A stretch of 64,000 bases of DNA, taken from positions 422-64,421 of the IMG/VR virus record IMGVR_UViG_3300010351_000300. One strand, 5' to 3'. Positions within the stretch are counted from its first letter, which is position 1; each line of letters starts with the position of its first letter. The notes beneath the pieces were generated by a model that saw nothing but the letters and a program-made list of their open reading frames with translations, searched no databases and was not told where the DNA came from. This document shows positions 16,601 through 25,285 of the stretch, in pieces. A program made the translations under genes and the position numbers. Source of the stretch: a virus. Lineage: Duplodnaviria > Caudoviricetes.

Positions 16601-17443
16601 GATACTCAGGACGAAGCCGCAGAGTTTGATTTTGAGAGCGGGGACTTGGGCGGTCTCTATACTGCTGCTGAAGAATTGGTCGAGCAGATGTTAGTAGCCG
16701 TGCTTGGTGCGGATTGGGAGAAGAGTTCGGAAGATGACGAAGATTTGGAAGAGTCAGTTTCTCCGACACAGCAGGCCCTTTCCGTAGGGTTGAAGGGTTG
16801 GGTTAAGGACTACATCCTTGCCCGGCGTGCTGGGAACATCGCACTGGCAAGGAGTATCAAGGCCAATCTCGACCGTGAGATTAAGAAGCAGGGGTTGGAT
16901 GCGCATGAAGTGTATTTCGTGTTCGGGGATCCGGACGATCCGAAAAACGATGTAGTCGTGGAAGCGAACCCGCGCCTCGATTTGCGTACTCCCCCTGTGA
17001 GTCGTCCCGATCCTGTAATATCGGCTGTAGAGGTTTGGTACGACCCACACACCAGATCGTGGATCGTGCAGGACAATGACGCAGAGGGCAATCAGATTGG
17101 GGATGCACGGTACTACGGCGATAAACCATCCGCGCTTCGTGACCAGCAGTCTGCTCGTAAGCAGTATGGGTTAGTAAAATCCGTGCAGATGGCGGAGGGG
17201 TCGGCTTTGCCATATGTGATTGAAGATGATGCTAGTCAGAAAATCGCGCACTATGTGGCTGGGGACTTTCACTGGCAGGTTGATGGTGGAGAAGTGATCG
17301 TGTCTCGAAACACTAGTGGGGGCATTATGTCTATTAACCACTATGCATACAAGGATTTTGATACCGCTGCTAATGCAGCATGGAAAATGGCCACCCTACA
17401 GGCACGGACCACTGAAGCAAGTGATTCTTCTGTGCGGGACTAG
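13649..17443 (+). CDS. 1264-aa mosaic multi-module protein (putative head-cargo polyprotein)
   Basis: About 10 unrelated 65-135 aa modules separated by xxE|S/G/D/A linkers. Contains an Lcl/DUF1566-like module and an internal duplication. Confidence 0.8.
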   Translation: MGKRLVASAGVDEVLSALVEAFNSSSSNDRVVFLSEDGQSTTERPDPLEYPRLLSVAEVVIGRKASRTNHRLVLVHATGQGQLPAGWTVEYKPIPRLKPLTERVDVTGMPTTADEVDALLVTERKLWDDAHASDEAIPAAQYAPAVEYLVMLKDGLDLVARMKERDPQDILLKTLEAGNALWWKQYQAARFQSVGIDETFRVKPETQQRFLRDLKANSDANTRDLYQRLRARQAKDPEGAASIWAEMADEMLAKHPDLASIKVAERVDVKDIPTYSVMSYDVVGDTEEELKLVARSIRLVKALTIKSAPSRKGNVFVLPVDAHIPTGSADPAQEGFDLIQNAIQKAGVEESHSRVQSTLTEDESTKFINSDLQWLVGPDQDMTWAQAKKWVQSLGEGWRMPTLIELKGLWEANLPIKGRGAFSAAYVWSQDKGIGSAKRFNFSAGEYEMTPLDFPYGTRAMAVREADTTPANESQRVHPVQEGHRRLQDAIVQAKRQAADRQAVRYVFATAYGYAVWDSQPPSGQRYYAVQPDGTVSKSLVAGQVTEGVPSKRTIPVRTYLGRIDWNGQMWSAAVVRQVLEAVQGELQAVFGKYTWYLDGDTGDYSIMAKSLDTKDLWADGHGRTPKQAILDCNATRTIFQKNGWLPSNGMMTDESRDHPVVEISLREDLDVANTILQQLGGRKFIAMTGAKDLMGGPDFLAFRVGANPKRVNKVRITLNAHDYYDVEFFHLRNMKATLLSRVEDVSVDMLRDVFTQNTGLYTSLGTMGRTPETEGVCRHSGTIATEGVCQPLSEDLDVANTILQQLGGRKFIAMTGAKDLMGGPDFLAFRVGANPKRVNKVRITLNAHDYYDVEFFHLRNMKATLLSRVEDVSVDMLRDVFTQNTGLYTSLGTMGRTPETEGVWHGLHYTLRFPQVEGRYIKGTRIESCEFEVVVQCGSEAQAREFFHTLQAKLQEDESLSQRWGLGYGWIRGNDAVSVYGKMDTQDEAAEFDFESGDLGGLYTAAEELVEQMLVAVLGADWEKSSEDDEDLEESVSPTQQALSVGLKGWVKDYILARRAGNIALARSIKANLDREIKKQGLDAHEVYFVFGDPDDPKNDVVVEANPRLDLRTPPVSRPDPVISAVEVWYDPHTRSWIVQDNDAEGNQIGDARYYGDKPSALRDQQSARKQYGLVKSVQMAEGSALPYVIEDDASQKIAHYVAGDFHWQVDGGEVIVSRNTSGGIMSINHYAYKDFDTAANAAWKMATLQARTTEASDSSVRD
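14732..15043 (+). other. Lcl/DUF1566-like C-type-lectin-fold module within the 1264-aa ORF
   Basis: LQW..GPD..MTWAQAK.W...LG.GWRMPT..EL..L...YVWS...A..FNF..G...RAMAVR. Confidence 0.75.
15671..16362. repeat. two identical 311-bp direct repeats (15671-15981 and 16052-16362), period 381 bp, in frame
   Basis: Base-by-base identity from ACGATTCTCC to GAAGGGGTATG. Encodes the duplicated ILQQLGGRKFIAMTGAK...TGLYTSL module. Confidence 0.97.
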
Positions 17444-17502
17444 GTAAGTAATGCGTGCTTCGCGGTATCACAAGGATGTACCAAAAGAATTGGGGGCTTA
17501 GT

Positions 17503-17841
17503 ATGTTGAACGAGAGCGTTGTTGTTTGTGAGGACTTCGTGGAGAGTGAAGGGTACCCGGATACTCCGGCAGGGCGCAAGGAGGCTGTAGAGACGTTTGC
17601 CGGGGCGATGCTCGCTCGTATGAACGAGAAGTCTCTGCTCGGTGTTGCCGGGTGGAATACTGTCGAGTGGGTCACGGAAGACGCCATACCTCGGCTGGAG
17701 TTTGCCGTACACAAGGCCGCAGTGCGTGGCTTCCGTCCTGAAGACTTGGTAGATATCGCCAATCTCAGCATGTTCATCTTCGCTGCGTACCAAAAAGGGA
17801 TGTTGCGTGTGGAGGCCGAAGACAGCCTTGATGAGGTGTAG
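17503..17841 (+). CDS. putative all-alpha (MazG-like) NTP pyrophosphatase fold protein
   Basis: FAGAMLARMNEK...GW...LVDIANLSMF pattern. ATG follows a GGGGG RBS. Leader MLNES. Confidence 0.45.
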   Translation: MLNESVVVCEDFVESEGYPDTPAGRKEAVETFAGAMLARMNEKSLLGVAGWNTVEWVTEDAIPRLEFAVHKAAVRGFRPEDLVDIANLSMFIFAAYQKGMLRVEAEDSLDEV

Positions 17842-17844
17842 CTG

Positions 17845-18423
17845 ATGTCAGATGCTTTGCGCCCGATGGATGTCATCCTCTCGTACAAGAGGATACCTCA
17901 AGCATGGTGGCCTGTCAAAGACGCTTGGTGGTGGCCCCCGACCCGTCCGTTTGAAGTGGTAGCTGATGCGTCGATTCTGAAGTACGGGCGGAAACTCTAC
18001 CCCAATGGGGATATTCGGTATAACCATGTTCGTCTGTATCTTGGAGCGGCTGAGGATATACCTTTGATTTTCGAATTCACCTTCCCGGCGGCTAGGATTG
18101 CCCGTCTGGAGCCGTGGATGATACAGGCTCCGTATGGCAACGTCTTCCGTTACACAGGGCCTTGCCACCGTCTTCCGGTGCCGGGGTTGCTGGCGACTTG
18201 TCTCCCCTACATTGGAACGCTCTACGATCTCGGACAGTTGGTAGACATAGGTCTTGGTCGTCGCATCTTCGATTTCGGCAAGGATAACATGGTGTGCAGT
18301 GTGGGTGTGCGCAAGATCATCGAGACGATAGTAGGAGTGCCGGAGCTGTTCCCGAATGTGGCGCTGGACCGTACCCCGCCATGCTCGTTCGCTAATTCTC
18401 CTCACTTCTTGAGGGTGAATTGA
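17845..18423 (+). CDS. circularly permuted NlpC/P60 (YiiX/YebB-like) papain-fold enzyme
   Basis: His first (YNHVRLYLG), then G.LYD, then the Cys motif NMVCS. Confidence 0.7.
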   Translation: MSDALRPMDVILSYKRIPQAWWPVKDAWWWPPTRPFEVVADASILKYGRKLYPNGDIRYNHVRLYLGAAEDIPLIFEFTFPAARIARLEPWMIQAPYGNVFRYTGPCHRLPVPGLLATCLPYIGTLYDLGQLVDIGLGRRIFDFGKDNMVCSVGVRKIIETIVGVPELFPNVALDRTPPCSFANSPHFLRVN

Positions 18424-19166
18424 TGCTGACTCCTTTTTCTACCGAGACCTCACAAAAGGAGTTGTCCTACCCCGGACTTCTGCGACGTGGGATGAAGGGG
18501 GCGGCAGTGAAACGCCTGCAGGAGTGGGCGTGTTTGTCCTATTCTACGAAGATTGTGATTGATGGGGATTACGGAGCGGCTACTGAATATCTGCTTGGGT
18601 CAGTTGAGTGTCTTGAGGTGAAATGGCGTTGTCTGACGAATGCAATGCGTGTTGCATTGCTCCCTCCGTCACCGCTCCCACAGCAACTTACTTTCTCCAG
18701 TTTGCTGAGACAGTGTGCATGGACGCACCACGGGATGACTCCTACCGAGGTCGGTGGGCAGAATCGCGGGCCGTGGGTGCGTTTGTACATGGATGGTAAG
18801 CAAGGCAGGGACTGGCCGTGGTGCGCAGGCTTCGTTAGTTTCCTCCTACGACAAACTGCCTTCTTTCTCGATGCAGAACTCCCGGTGAATGTGTCCTATA
18901 GTAGCTCTATTCTAGCCGCTGATGCCCGAAAGAAGGGGCGACTTGTGTCGTTCGAGGAGGTACCAGAATCCTCCGCTGCAATCTTCCTCGTGCGTGGGGG
19001 AAAGACAGGGTACCGTCATACTGGGGTTGCGGTCGAGTTGGATCATACTGCGGGTACATTCTCGACTGTCGAGGGGAACTCGAATCTTGCTGGTTCGTCG
19101 GAGGGTAAGGAAGTCTGTTCATTAGTACGTGCGGCACAGGGTAAGGATTTCATCGTTCTCGACTAG
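18420..19166 (+). CDS. endolysin: peptidoglycan-binding domain plus CHAP amidase
   Basis: LLRRGMKGAAVKRLQ (PG_binding_1), EVGGQNRGPWV, PWCAGFVS, HTGVAV, TVEGNS. Confidence 0.85.
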   Translation: MMLTPFSTETSQKELSYPGLLRRGMKGAAVKRLQEWACLSYSTKIVIDGDYGAATEYLLGSVECLEVKWRCLTNAMRVALLPPSPLPQQLTFSSLLRQCAWTHHGMTPTEVGGQNRGPWVRLYMDGKQGRDWPWCAGFVSFLLRQTAFFLDAELPVNVSYSSSILAADARKKGRLVSFEEVPESSAAIFLVRGGKTGYRHTGVAVELDHTAGTFSTVEGNSNLAGSSEGKEVCSLVRAAQGKDFIVLD

Positions 19167-19174
19167 GAGGAAAG

Positions 19175-19942
19175 ATGTTAAAGGCAGTGCTTGGTTCAAG
19201 GATGCCCGTTTGGGTGGTTCTGTTGGTGTTCCTTGCTGTTCTGTTGACGGGTGTGATGTGTGTGCAACATGCACAGGATCTCTGGAGTGGTTCTTCAGGG
19301 CGTATCTGGCAGAGGCTCGGGCTTAACAAGATATTGGCAATTCCTGAGATCGTAGCGGTGGCGAGTTCGGTCCCTCCACGCGTGGTGGATCACTGGTACG
19401 AACGTGTGATCTATCGAGAGGTTGACCCAGACACAGTGGAGATCATTCGATATCCTGAGACGCCAGTGACAGTTGATCTCGTTCAGGCAGAGATTAAGGA
19501 AGACGGTCGTGTTCGTATCGAAGTGTTGGTCAATGCCACGGAATCGCGTGTACTTGAAGGCCATCTTGCTGGCGCGGGTGATACCCACATTGTGGTGAAT
19601 CCCGAGGACACGACTGTGACGTTCGTTTCTAACCGGTTTGGGTTCGACGCAGCGTGGACTGCCGGGTTGTCCACTTGTGGGAGTATGACCTCCCTCGAAA
19701 CATTCTACATCAATGGCATTCCCCTTTTGGGGACGCTCCACGGCCCCAACCCCACACTCGGGTATAATGCCGGGGACGAACTGGGTTGGTTGGGGATTGG
19801 CGCGAGTGTTGATGTGGCTCCCTTCCGTACCCCGGCGCGTTTGGGTGGAGGGGCGCGTGTTTCGTTTGATGATCTGGAGAATTTCTCCCTCCCCAAGGTT
19901 GGGGTGTTTGGCAGTTTGACTTTCAGTCTGTGGGATTTCTAA
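19175..19942 (+). CDS. membrane-anchored protein (spanin-like or outer-membrane candidate)
   Basis: N-terminal TM segment WVVLLVFLAVLLTGVM. Beta-strand-rich C-terminus ending in F. Follows the endolysin. Confidence 0.45.
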   Translation: MLKAVLGSRMPVWVVLLVFLAVLLTGVMCVQHAQDLWSGSSGRIWQRLGLNKILAIPEIVAVASSVPPRVVDHWYERVIYREVDPDTVEIIRYPETPVTVDLVQAEIKEDGRVRIEVLVNATESRVLEGHLAGAGDTHIVVNPEDTTVTFVSNRFGFDAAWTAGLSTCGSMTSLETFYINGIPLLGTLHGPNPTLGYNAGDELGWLGIGASVDVAPFRTPARLGGGARVSFDDLENFSLPKVGVFGSLTFSLWDF

Positions 19943-19967
19943 CTCTACTACACAAGGAGCGCGATGT

Positions 19968-22900
19968 ATGGGTTCTTGGCCCGAGGATAATGCCTATTCT
20001 CAGAAATTGATCGGGGATCGCTATCGTCAGCGTGGGACTACGGAAACAGCGGCAGACATTTTTCGTCGTATTGCACATCAGGTGGTTCAGTCTCCGAATG
20101 CTTTATCATATCTTCTTTCTTTAGATGCTTTGGAGGAAGTGTTTTATCAGTGGATGCTCTCGGGAGAGGGTTGCCCAGCGGGTCGAATTCTCGCTAATTG
20201 CGGAGGAATTGGCAGCAATATGAATGGGAACTGTTTTGTACTTCCGGTGCATGACAGTAGGGAAAGTATCTATCGATCGCTAGGAGAGATGTCAGAGATC
20301 GAGGCTTATGGTGGTGGTGTGGGATTCAATTTCTCCGAGCTGAGACCTGCGGGTTGGGAGATCAAGAAGCTCAATGGTGTGTCGTCCGGGCCTGTGGCGT
20401 TCATTGATATCTTCGACAAGTCCGTAGGGACGATTTCACAGGGGGGTAGTCGCCGGGGTGCTGCTATTGGTGTGCTGAATGTAAACCACCCCGACATCCG
20501 CAGCTTCATTCAAGCAAAGAGTGACCCAGAGAATCGGCGCTGGACAAACTTCAATGTCTCAGTCGGGATCACGAATGATTTCATGCAAGCCGTGAAGGAT
20601 GGTACCACTTTTCATTTTCGGTGGGGAGATTGGGTAGATCCTAACCCTCAGTCTGCTCGTGCTTTGTTCCGGGAGATCGCTGAAGCGGCGTGGGGGACGG
20701 GAGAGCCGGGTGTCTTCTTTCTGGACACCGTAAACCAGAAGAACCCACTCTCGCAAGTTGAAGTGCTGCAAGCAGTCAATCCGTGTGTTCCTCTGGATAC
20801 ATGGGTACAGACTACAGATGGGCCGCGTCAGGCTCGTGATTTGATGGGACAGTCCTTTACGGCTGTGGTTCGTGGAGTGCCGTATGATGTCCCAATGCCG
20901 GGCTTTTTTGCTACTGGTACACAAAAGGTTCTGCGTGTCTCCACGAAGCAAGGGTTTGTTCTTTCAGCAACCCCCAACCATTTATGGGCTACAGTGAAGA
21001 AGAACCCTCGGCGTAGTCTGTCTACGGATGGCTTGCAGGATGTGGTTTGGGTTGCAACACAGGACTTGCAATCTGGGGATCATATTGTTGTCAATAGGCA
21101 TCTCAATCTTTCTTGGCCCGGTGCTGGTTCTGAGGAAGAGGGGTATCTGCTGGGAGTGTTTCTTGGGGACGGTGTGTTCTGTGAGGACACCGCCCGGATC
21201 TCAAGTTGGGATACTTCTGCCTCTTCTGTAAAGGAAAGGGTGCTCAGTGGTCTCCAAAAACTTCCTCACCGCTCAGATTGTGGTACGGGAGAGGCATCTC
21301 CGGTCTGGTCCGTTAAGTCAAAGAGCCTGACGGAGTGGATAGCTTCGTTGGGCATTACCCCGACAAACAAGACGCTTACACCAGCAACTGAACAGCTATC
21401 CAGTGCTTGTACTATTGGAATACTGCGTGGTTTGTTTGATGCGGATGGTACGGTTGGGGATAAGTCACCTCAGAAAGGGCTTTCGGTTCGTTTGTCTCAG
21501 AGCAATATGGAAATGCTCCAAACCGTGCAGAGGATGTTGTTGCGTTTGGGTGTGTATAGTACCATTTATGCCACTCGTCGTGCGCAAGGTTTTCATTCTC
21601 TTCCAGATGGTAGGGGTGGGTACAAGGATTATCCGATCAAGGCTCAACACGAGTTGTGTATAAGCAGGGATTCTTTGTTAGTGTTCCAAGAACGTATTGG
21701 GTTTGGCGACAGCCGAAAGTCTGAGCAGCTTGCCAGTGCTCTTCAGCGAATGTCACGCTCAACCTATCGAGGTTGGGATATTGCAACAGTTTCCGAGGTG
21801 GTAGAAGCCGAAGCGATCCCGGTTGGTGATGTTCAAATCCCCGGTATCAACGCCTTTGATGCTAACGGTTTTCTCGTTCATAACTGCGGAGAGCTACCCC
21901 TCAACGCATACGGGATGTGTGCGCTATCCTCGCTCAATCTGTCGGTCTTTGCGGAGCAGGGGCATGTCTCATGGCGTCGGTTGGAGCAGTCGGTACGAAC
22001 TGGTGTTCGGTTCTTGGACTTGTTGATCGACACCTCGTTTTTCCCGCTGCCTGAGATTCGCGATGAAGTGCTGTCCAAGAGGAAGATCGGTCTAGGCGTC
22101 TTCGGGTTGGCGGATCTGCTGTTCCTCAAGGGTTTGCCTTATGGCGACTACCCTAAGACTTTGGCCTTTATCCACAAGCTCTTTGGGTTCATCGAGCAGA
22201 CAGCGTTGAGTGAGAGTGAAGAATTGGCTGAACGGCTTGGGCCTTTCCCGCTCTGGGAGAAGTCGGGTTTGGAGACTCCGCGCCGTAACGGGACACTGCT
22301 GTCTATGGCACCTACTGGGAGCATTTCCTCTCTGTATGGGGCTTCGTGGGGTATAGAGCCTTACTTCTCAGTGAGCATGATGCGTAATGAGCGCATGGGG
22401 GTAGATCAGGTTTCCTTCCGAGTGTTGGAGCAGTGGCGTCAGGAACACCCCGGACAGGCATGGCCGGAGTATCTGAAGCTCGTGCATTCTGAGGATGCTT
22501 CAAGGGTACTGAGTGTCAGGGATCATTTGGCTGTCCTCGGAGCAGTGGCGGAGCATGTGGACAATGCCGTTTCCAAGACAGTCAACCTTCCGCACAGTGC
22601 TTCGGTGGAGGATGTCGAGGCTGCTTTCATCAGTGCGTGGGAAGCCGGAATCAAGGGCTTGACGGTCTTCCGTGATCAGTGTAAGCGAGCAGCAGCAATC
22701 ACGCCTGTTGCAGAGGAGAAGGACATGGAATCCGATTTGTTGGATGACGAAGACGAGGGTATGGAGGATGACGACATGGATGATGAAGACGCTGCTCGGG
22801 ACGCCGAAGTCATTCAATTGGCCGAGTCTATGGTAGATGACATTCTCAGTAAGCCGAAGGATCGGCCTGATAAGGTCACAGCCACAACCTATCACATCAA

Positions 22901-23336
22901 GTACGCGCCGGACAAGCCTGCGCTCTACATCACCATTGGAGATGTAGACGAGGATCCGTTCGAGATATTCATCAATACGGAGGACTCTTTGATGCGTGAG
23001 GGGTTGGACGGCCTCTCTCTGACACTCACAGCATTGTTCCGTAGGGGCATTAGCTGCAAGTTCTTGGTAGAGAAATTCTTGAAGTATGAGTCTGCGCTAG
23101 GTGGTGCATTCTACAAAGGGAAGTACGTTCCGAGTGTGTTGGCGGCTGTTGGTCTCGTGTTGAAGGAACATCTCCAGAGTTTGGGGGCAATGCCCCCAGA
23201 TCATCAGCCAGAGTTGTTGCTCGGTAAGGGTAGTGATGCCCATGCTGATCGTTGCCCCTCCTGTGGGGAATACGCCTATGTTCGACAGGATGGATGTGGC
23301 TTGTGTGCAACGTGTGGGTTCTCCTCCTGCGGGTGA
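19968..23336 (+). CDS. nrdJ: class II (B12-dependent) ribonucleotide reductase with intein
   Basis: PAGRIL, NCFV, GGGVG.NFS.LRP, QGGSRRGA, NP[intein]CGE, MAPTGSIS, VDNAVSKTVN, GIKGLTVFRD, C-terminal TSCPD-like domain and CPSCG..CATCG zinc ribbon. Confidence 0.95.
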   Translation: MGSWPEDNAYSQKLIGDRYRQRGTTETAADIFRRIAHQVVQSPNALSYLLSLDALEEVFYQWMLSGEGCPAGRILANCGGIGSNMNGNCFVLPVHDSRESIYRSLGEMSEIEAYGGGVGFNFSELRPAGWEIKKLNGVSSGPVAFIDIFDKSVGTISQGGSRRGAAIGVLNVNHPDIRSFIQAKSDPENRRWTNFNVSVGITNDFMQAVKDGTTFHFRWGDWVDPNPQSARALFREIAEAAWGTGEPGVFFLDTVNQKNPLSQVEVLQAVNPCVPLDTWVQTTDGPRQARDLMGQSFTAVVRGVPYDVPMPGFFATGTQKVLRVSTKQGFVLSATPNHLWATVKKNPRRSLSTDGLQDVVWVATQDLQSGDHIVVNRHLNLSWPGAGSEEEGYLLGVFLGDGVFCEDTARISSWDTSASSVKERVLSGLQKLPHRSDCGTGEASPVWSVKSKSLTEWIASLGITPTNKTLTPATEQLSSACTIGILRGLFDADGTVGDKSPQKGLSVRLSQSNMEMLQTVQRMLLRLGVYSTIYATRRAQGFHSLPDGRGGYKDYPIKAQHELCISRDSLLVFQERIGFGDSRKSEQLASALQRMSRSTYRGWDIATVSEVVEAEAIPVGDVQIPGINAFDANGFLVHNCGELPLNAYGMCALSSLNLSVFAEQGHVSWRRLEQSVRTGVRFLDLLIDTSFFPLPEIRDEVLSKRKIGLGVFGLADLLFLKGLPYGDYPKTLAFIHKLFGFIEQTALSESEELAERLGPFPLWEKSGLETPRRNGTLLSMAPTGSISSLYGASWGIEPYFSVSMMRNERMGVDQVSFRVLEQWRQEHPGQAWPEYLKLVHSEDASRVLSVRDHLAVLGAVAEHVDNAVSKTVNLPHSASVEDVEAAFISAWEAGIKGLTVFRDQCKRAAAITPVAEEKDMESDLLDDEDEGMEDDDMDDEDAARDAEVIQLAESMVDDILSKPKDRPDKVTATTYHIKYAPDKPALYITIGDVDEDPFEIFINTEDSLMREGLDGLSLTLTALFRRGISCKFLVEKFLKYESALGGAFYKGKYVPSVLAAVGLVLKEHLQSLGAMPPDHQPELLLGKGSDAHADRCPSCGEYAYVRQDGCGLCATCGFSSCG
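20784..21884 (+). mobile_element. 367-aa intein with LAGLIDADG homing endonuclease
   Basis: Starts C-VPLDTWV and ends GFLVHN, followed by extein Cys. LAGLIDADG helices GYLLGVFLGDG and GILRGLFDADG. Confidence 0.95.
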
Positions 23337-23351
23337 GAGCCTAGTTTGATC

Positions 23352-23357
23352 TATACT
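23352..23357 (+). promoter_or_regulatory. TATACT box without a -35 element upstream of portal (candidate late promoter)
   Basis: GATCTATACT. Similar boxes occur at 13594, 25875, 35134, 53467 and 61036. Confidence 0.45.
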
Positions 23358-23398
23358 TGATTGTAGGTCTTGAAGTTTCCTCTCTGTAAGGAGTCTAC

Positions 23399-25285
23399 AT
23401 GCCGGGGTTGTTTGGATATTTGCAGCGTGTATTCGGTAACGGAGCCTCAGATAAACCCAAGCCACTATCTACGCGTCCTGTGGGCCATTCCGGGGGTTTG
23501 ACACCGGAGCAGAAGTTTATCCGTACTGACCCCGAAAGCCGAATCAATCTAGTTGCTAATCATGGGTTGCTTTCTCAGTTGTTCTTCGCTGCAACGGATC
23601 TCGCAGCTTCGCGCCGCATGCGGTATATCGAGTACGATCAGATGGAAGAGAATGTCATTATCGCATCCTTCCTTTCTCTGATTACGGAAGATGCATATCA
23701 GCGTGACCCAGATAGCGAAAAGAGTGTCTGGATCGACCCTGACTTCCAGTACGCCAAAGAATTGGAAGATCTGTTCGAGAAGCTGGATGTCGAGAATCGT
23801 GGGCATGGCTGGATGTATAACTGTGCTAAGTTTGGGGATTTCTTCCTCAAGCCTTCGTTAGCAACCGGGCTTGGTGTGGTGGCCGCACGAGATGACTTGC
23901 ACCCTACGGATGTTTGGCGTATTGATGTACAGGGCCAGTTGCTGGCTTTTGCGTACACGGATCGGTTGTTTGGCTCAGGGAATGCCAGTGCCTTCAACTC
24001 TGTTGGGGGTGTGGCAGGCGATGTGAGGATTGTTGTCCCGGATCAGATGATACACTTCGTGTTCAACTATCGTCCGACATTCGAGCGGTTCTCACTATCC
24101 ATTCCGGCTAACTTCTACGATGAGCTTGAGGACGAGGATGGCGATTTGGTCCAGAGTACCGAAAGCCGGAGTCTTGTCATGGAAGCCCAGCAGCGGTTGA
24201 TCGAACGGAAGCAGAATTTGCGGAAGCGGCTGGTAGAGGCGTTGCAGCAGGCGGCTGAAGTCTCGGGTGAAATGACTATGATGGGGGATCCGGTAGACGA
24301 CCATGTCTCACTGGCTATTCAGGTCTCAGGTCGATATGGTACCTCAGCGTTGTACGAAGTTCGGAAAGACTACAAGATTCTGACGCTTATGGAACAAGCT
24401 CTGGCGTTGGGTAGGTTGGCTCGTTCCGGTGTGGCTAGGATTTTCTCGGTCAATACCGTAGATGCAACCCCCGAAGAGCGTGCTCGGTTGCTGCGTGAAC
24501 TGGAAGACAAGCTCACGAAACGACAGGCATTTGATGCCACTACCCAGCTTTATCAGTCTGAATACTCACCGTTGAACTACTTGGATGACATCTTCCTACC
24601 CACGACTGGTGGGCGTGGGGATGTCACGGTTCAACAGCTTGGTGGGGATTTGAACATCAAGGATGCTGTGGACATCGATTATTTCCTGAGTAAGGTCTTT
24701 TCTGGTCTGCGTGTTCCCAAGGCGTACCTTGGATTTGAGGAGATGTTGCCGGGGTCTCTCGGGGCGGCTACTCCTTTGATTCAGCTCGACGTGCGGTATG
24801 CCCGGACGGTGAAGAAGCTCCAGCGGGCGTTTATGGAAGGGATCAAGGACTTGTGTTCCCTGCACTTGAAGTACAAGCTCGGGGTGAATATACCAGCGAA
24901 AGACATCCCGTTGAATATGTCTACCATTTCTGGTGCCGAAGAAATGGCTCGTATGGATATAGTCAAGAGCAGGATTGAAACCGCACAAGCGATTGCGGAT
25001 TTCGTGACGGCACATGGTGGAGACGGCTCGAAGGCTGCGCGGGAGTTGTTTGACGATATCGTTGCTCGGGCTTTGCCGAGTCTGAACACGGATGGTATCT
25101 TCGATAGCCCCAACCCGAATCCAGAAGCTGCTACAGCAGATGAACTGAATCTTCCTAAGCCCGAGGATCGTACACCCACCGCTTCTTCTACACCTGCGGA
25201 GCCTTCTCCTCCTGAAGTCGAGCCAGAGTTAACAGGGACACTGACCCCGGAGGAGGAGCCGACTGGTGGAGAGGGTGAAGTCTAG
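23399..25285 (+). CDS. portal protein (T4 gp20-like)
   Basis: RYIEYDQME, YNCAKFGDFF, ARIFSVN, DIDYF..KVFSGLRVPKAYLG, QLDVRYARTVKKLQ. Confidence 0.9.
   Translation: MPGLFGYLQRVFGNGASDKPKPLSTRPVGHSGGLTPEQKFIRTDPESRINLVANHGLLSQLFFAATDLAASRRMRYIEYDQMEENVIIASFLSLITEDAYQRDPDSEKSVWIDPDFQYAKELEDLFEKLDVENRGHGWMYNCAKFGDFFLKPSLATGLGVVAARDDLHPTDVWRIDVQGQLLAFAYTDRLFGSGNASAFNSVGGVAGDVRIVVPDQMIHFVFNYRPTFERFSLSIPANFYDELEDEDGDLVQSTESRSLVMEAQQRLIERKQNLRKRLVEALQQAAEVSGEMTMMGDPVDDHVSLAIQVSGRYGTSALYEVRKDYKILTLMEQALALGRLARSGVARIFSVNTVDATPEERARLLRELEDKLTKRQAFDATTQLYQSEYSPLNYLDDIFLPTTGGRGDVTVQQLGGDLNIKDAVDIDYFLSKVFSGLRVPKAYLGFEEMLPGSLGAATPLIQLDVRYARTVKKLQRAFMEGIKDLCSLHLKYKLGVNIPAKDIPLNMSTISGAEEMARMDIVKSRIETAQAIADFVTAHGGDGSKAARELFDDIVARALPSLNTDGIFDSPNPNPEAATADELNLPKPEDRTPTASSTPAEPSPPEVEPELTGTLTPEEEPTGGEGEV

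Noticed and set aside
22740-22800. GAT/GAC-rich tract in nrdJ as a repeat element
   Set aside because: It simply encodes an acidic linker between the catalytic core and the C-terminal domain.
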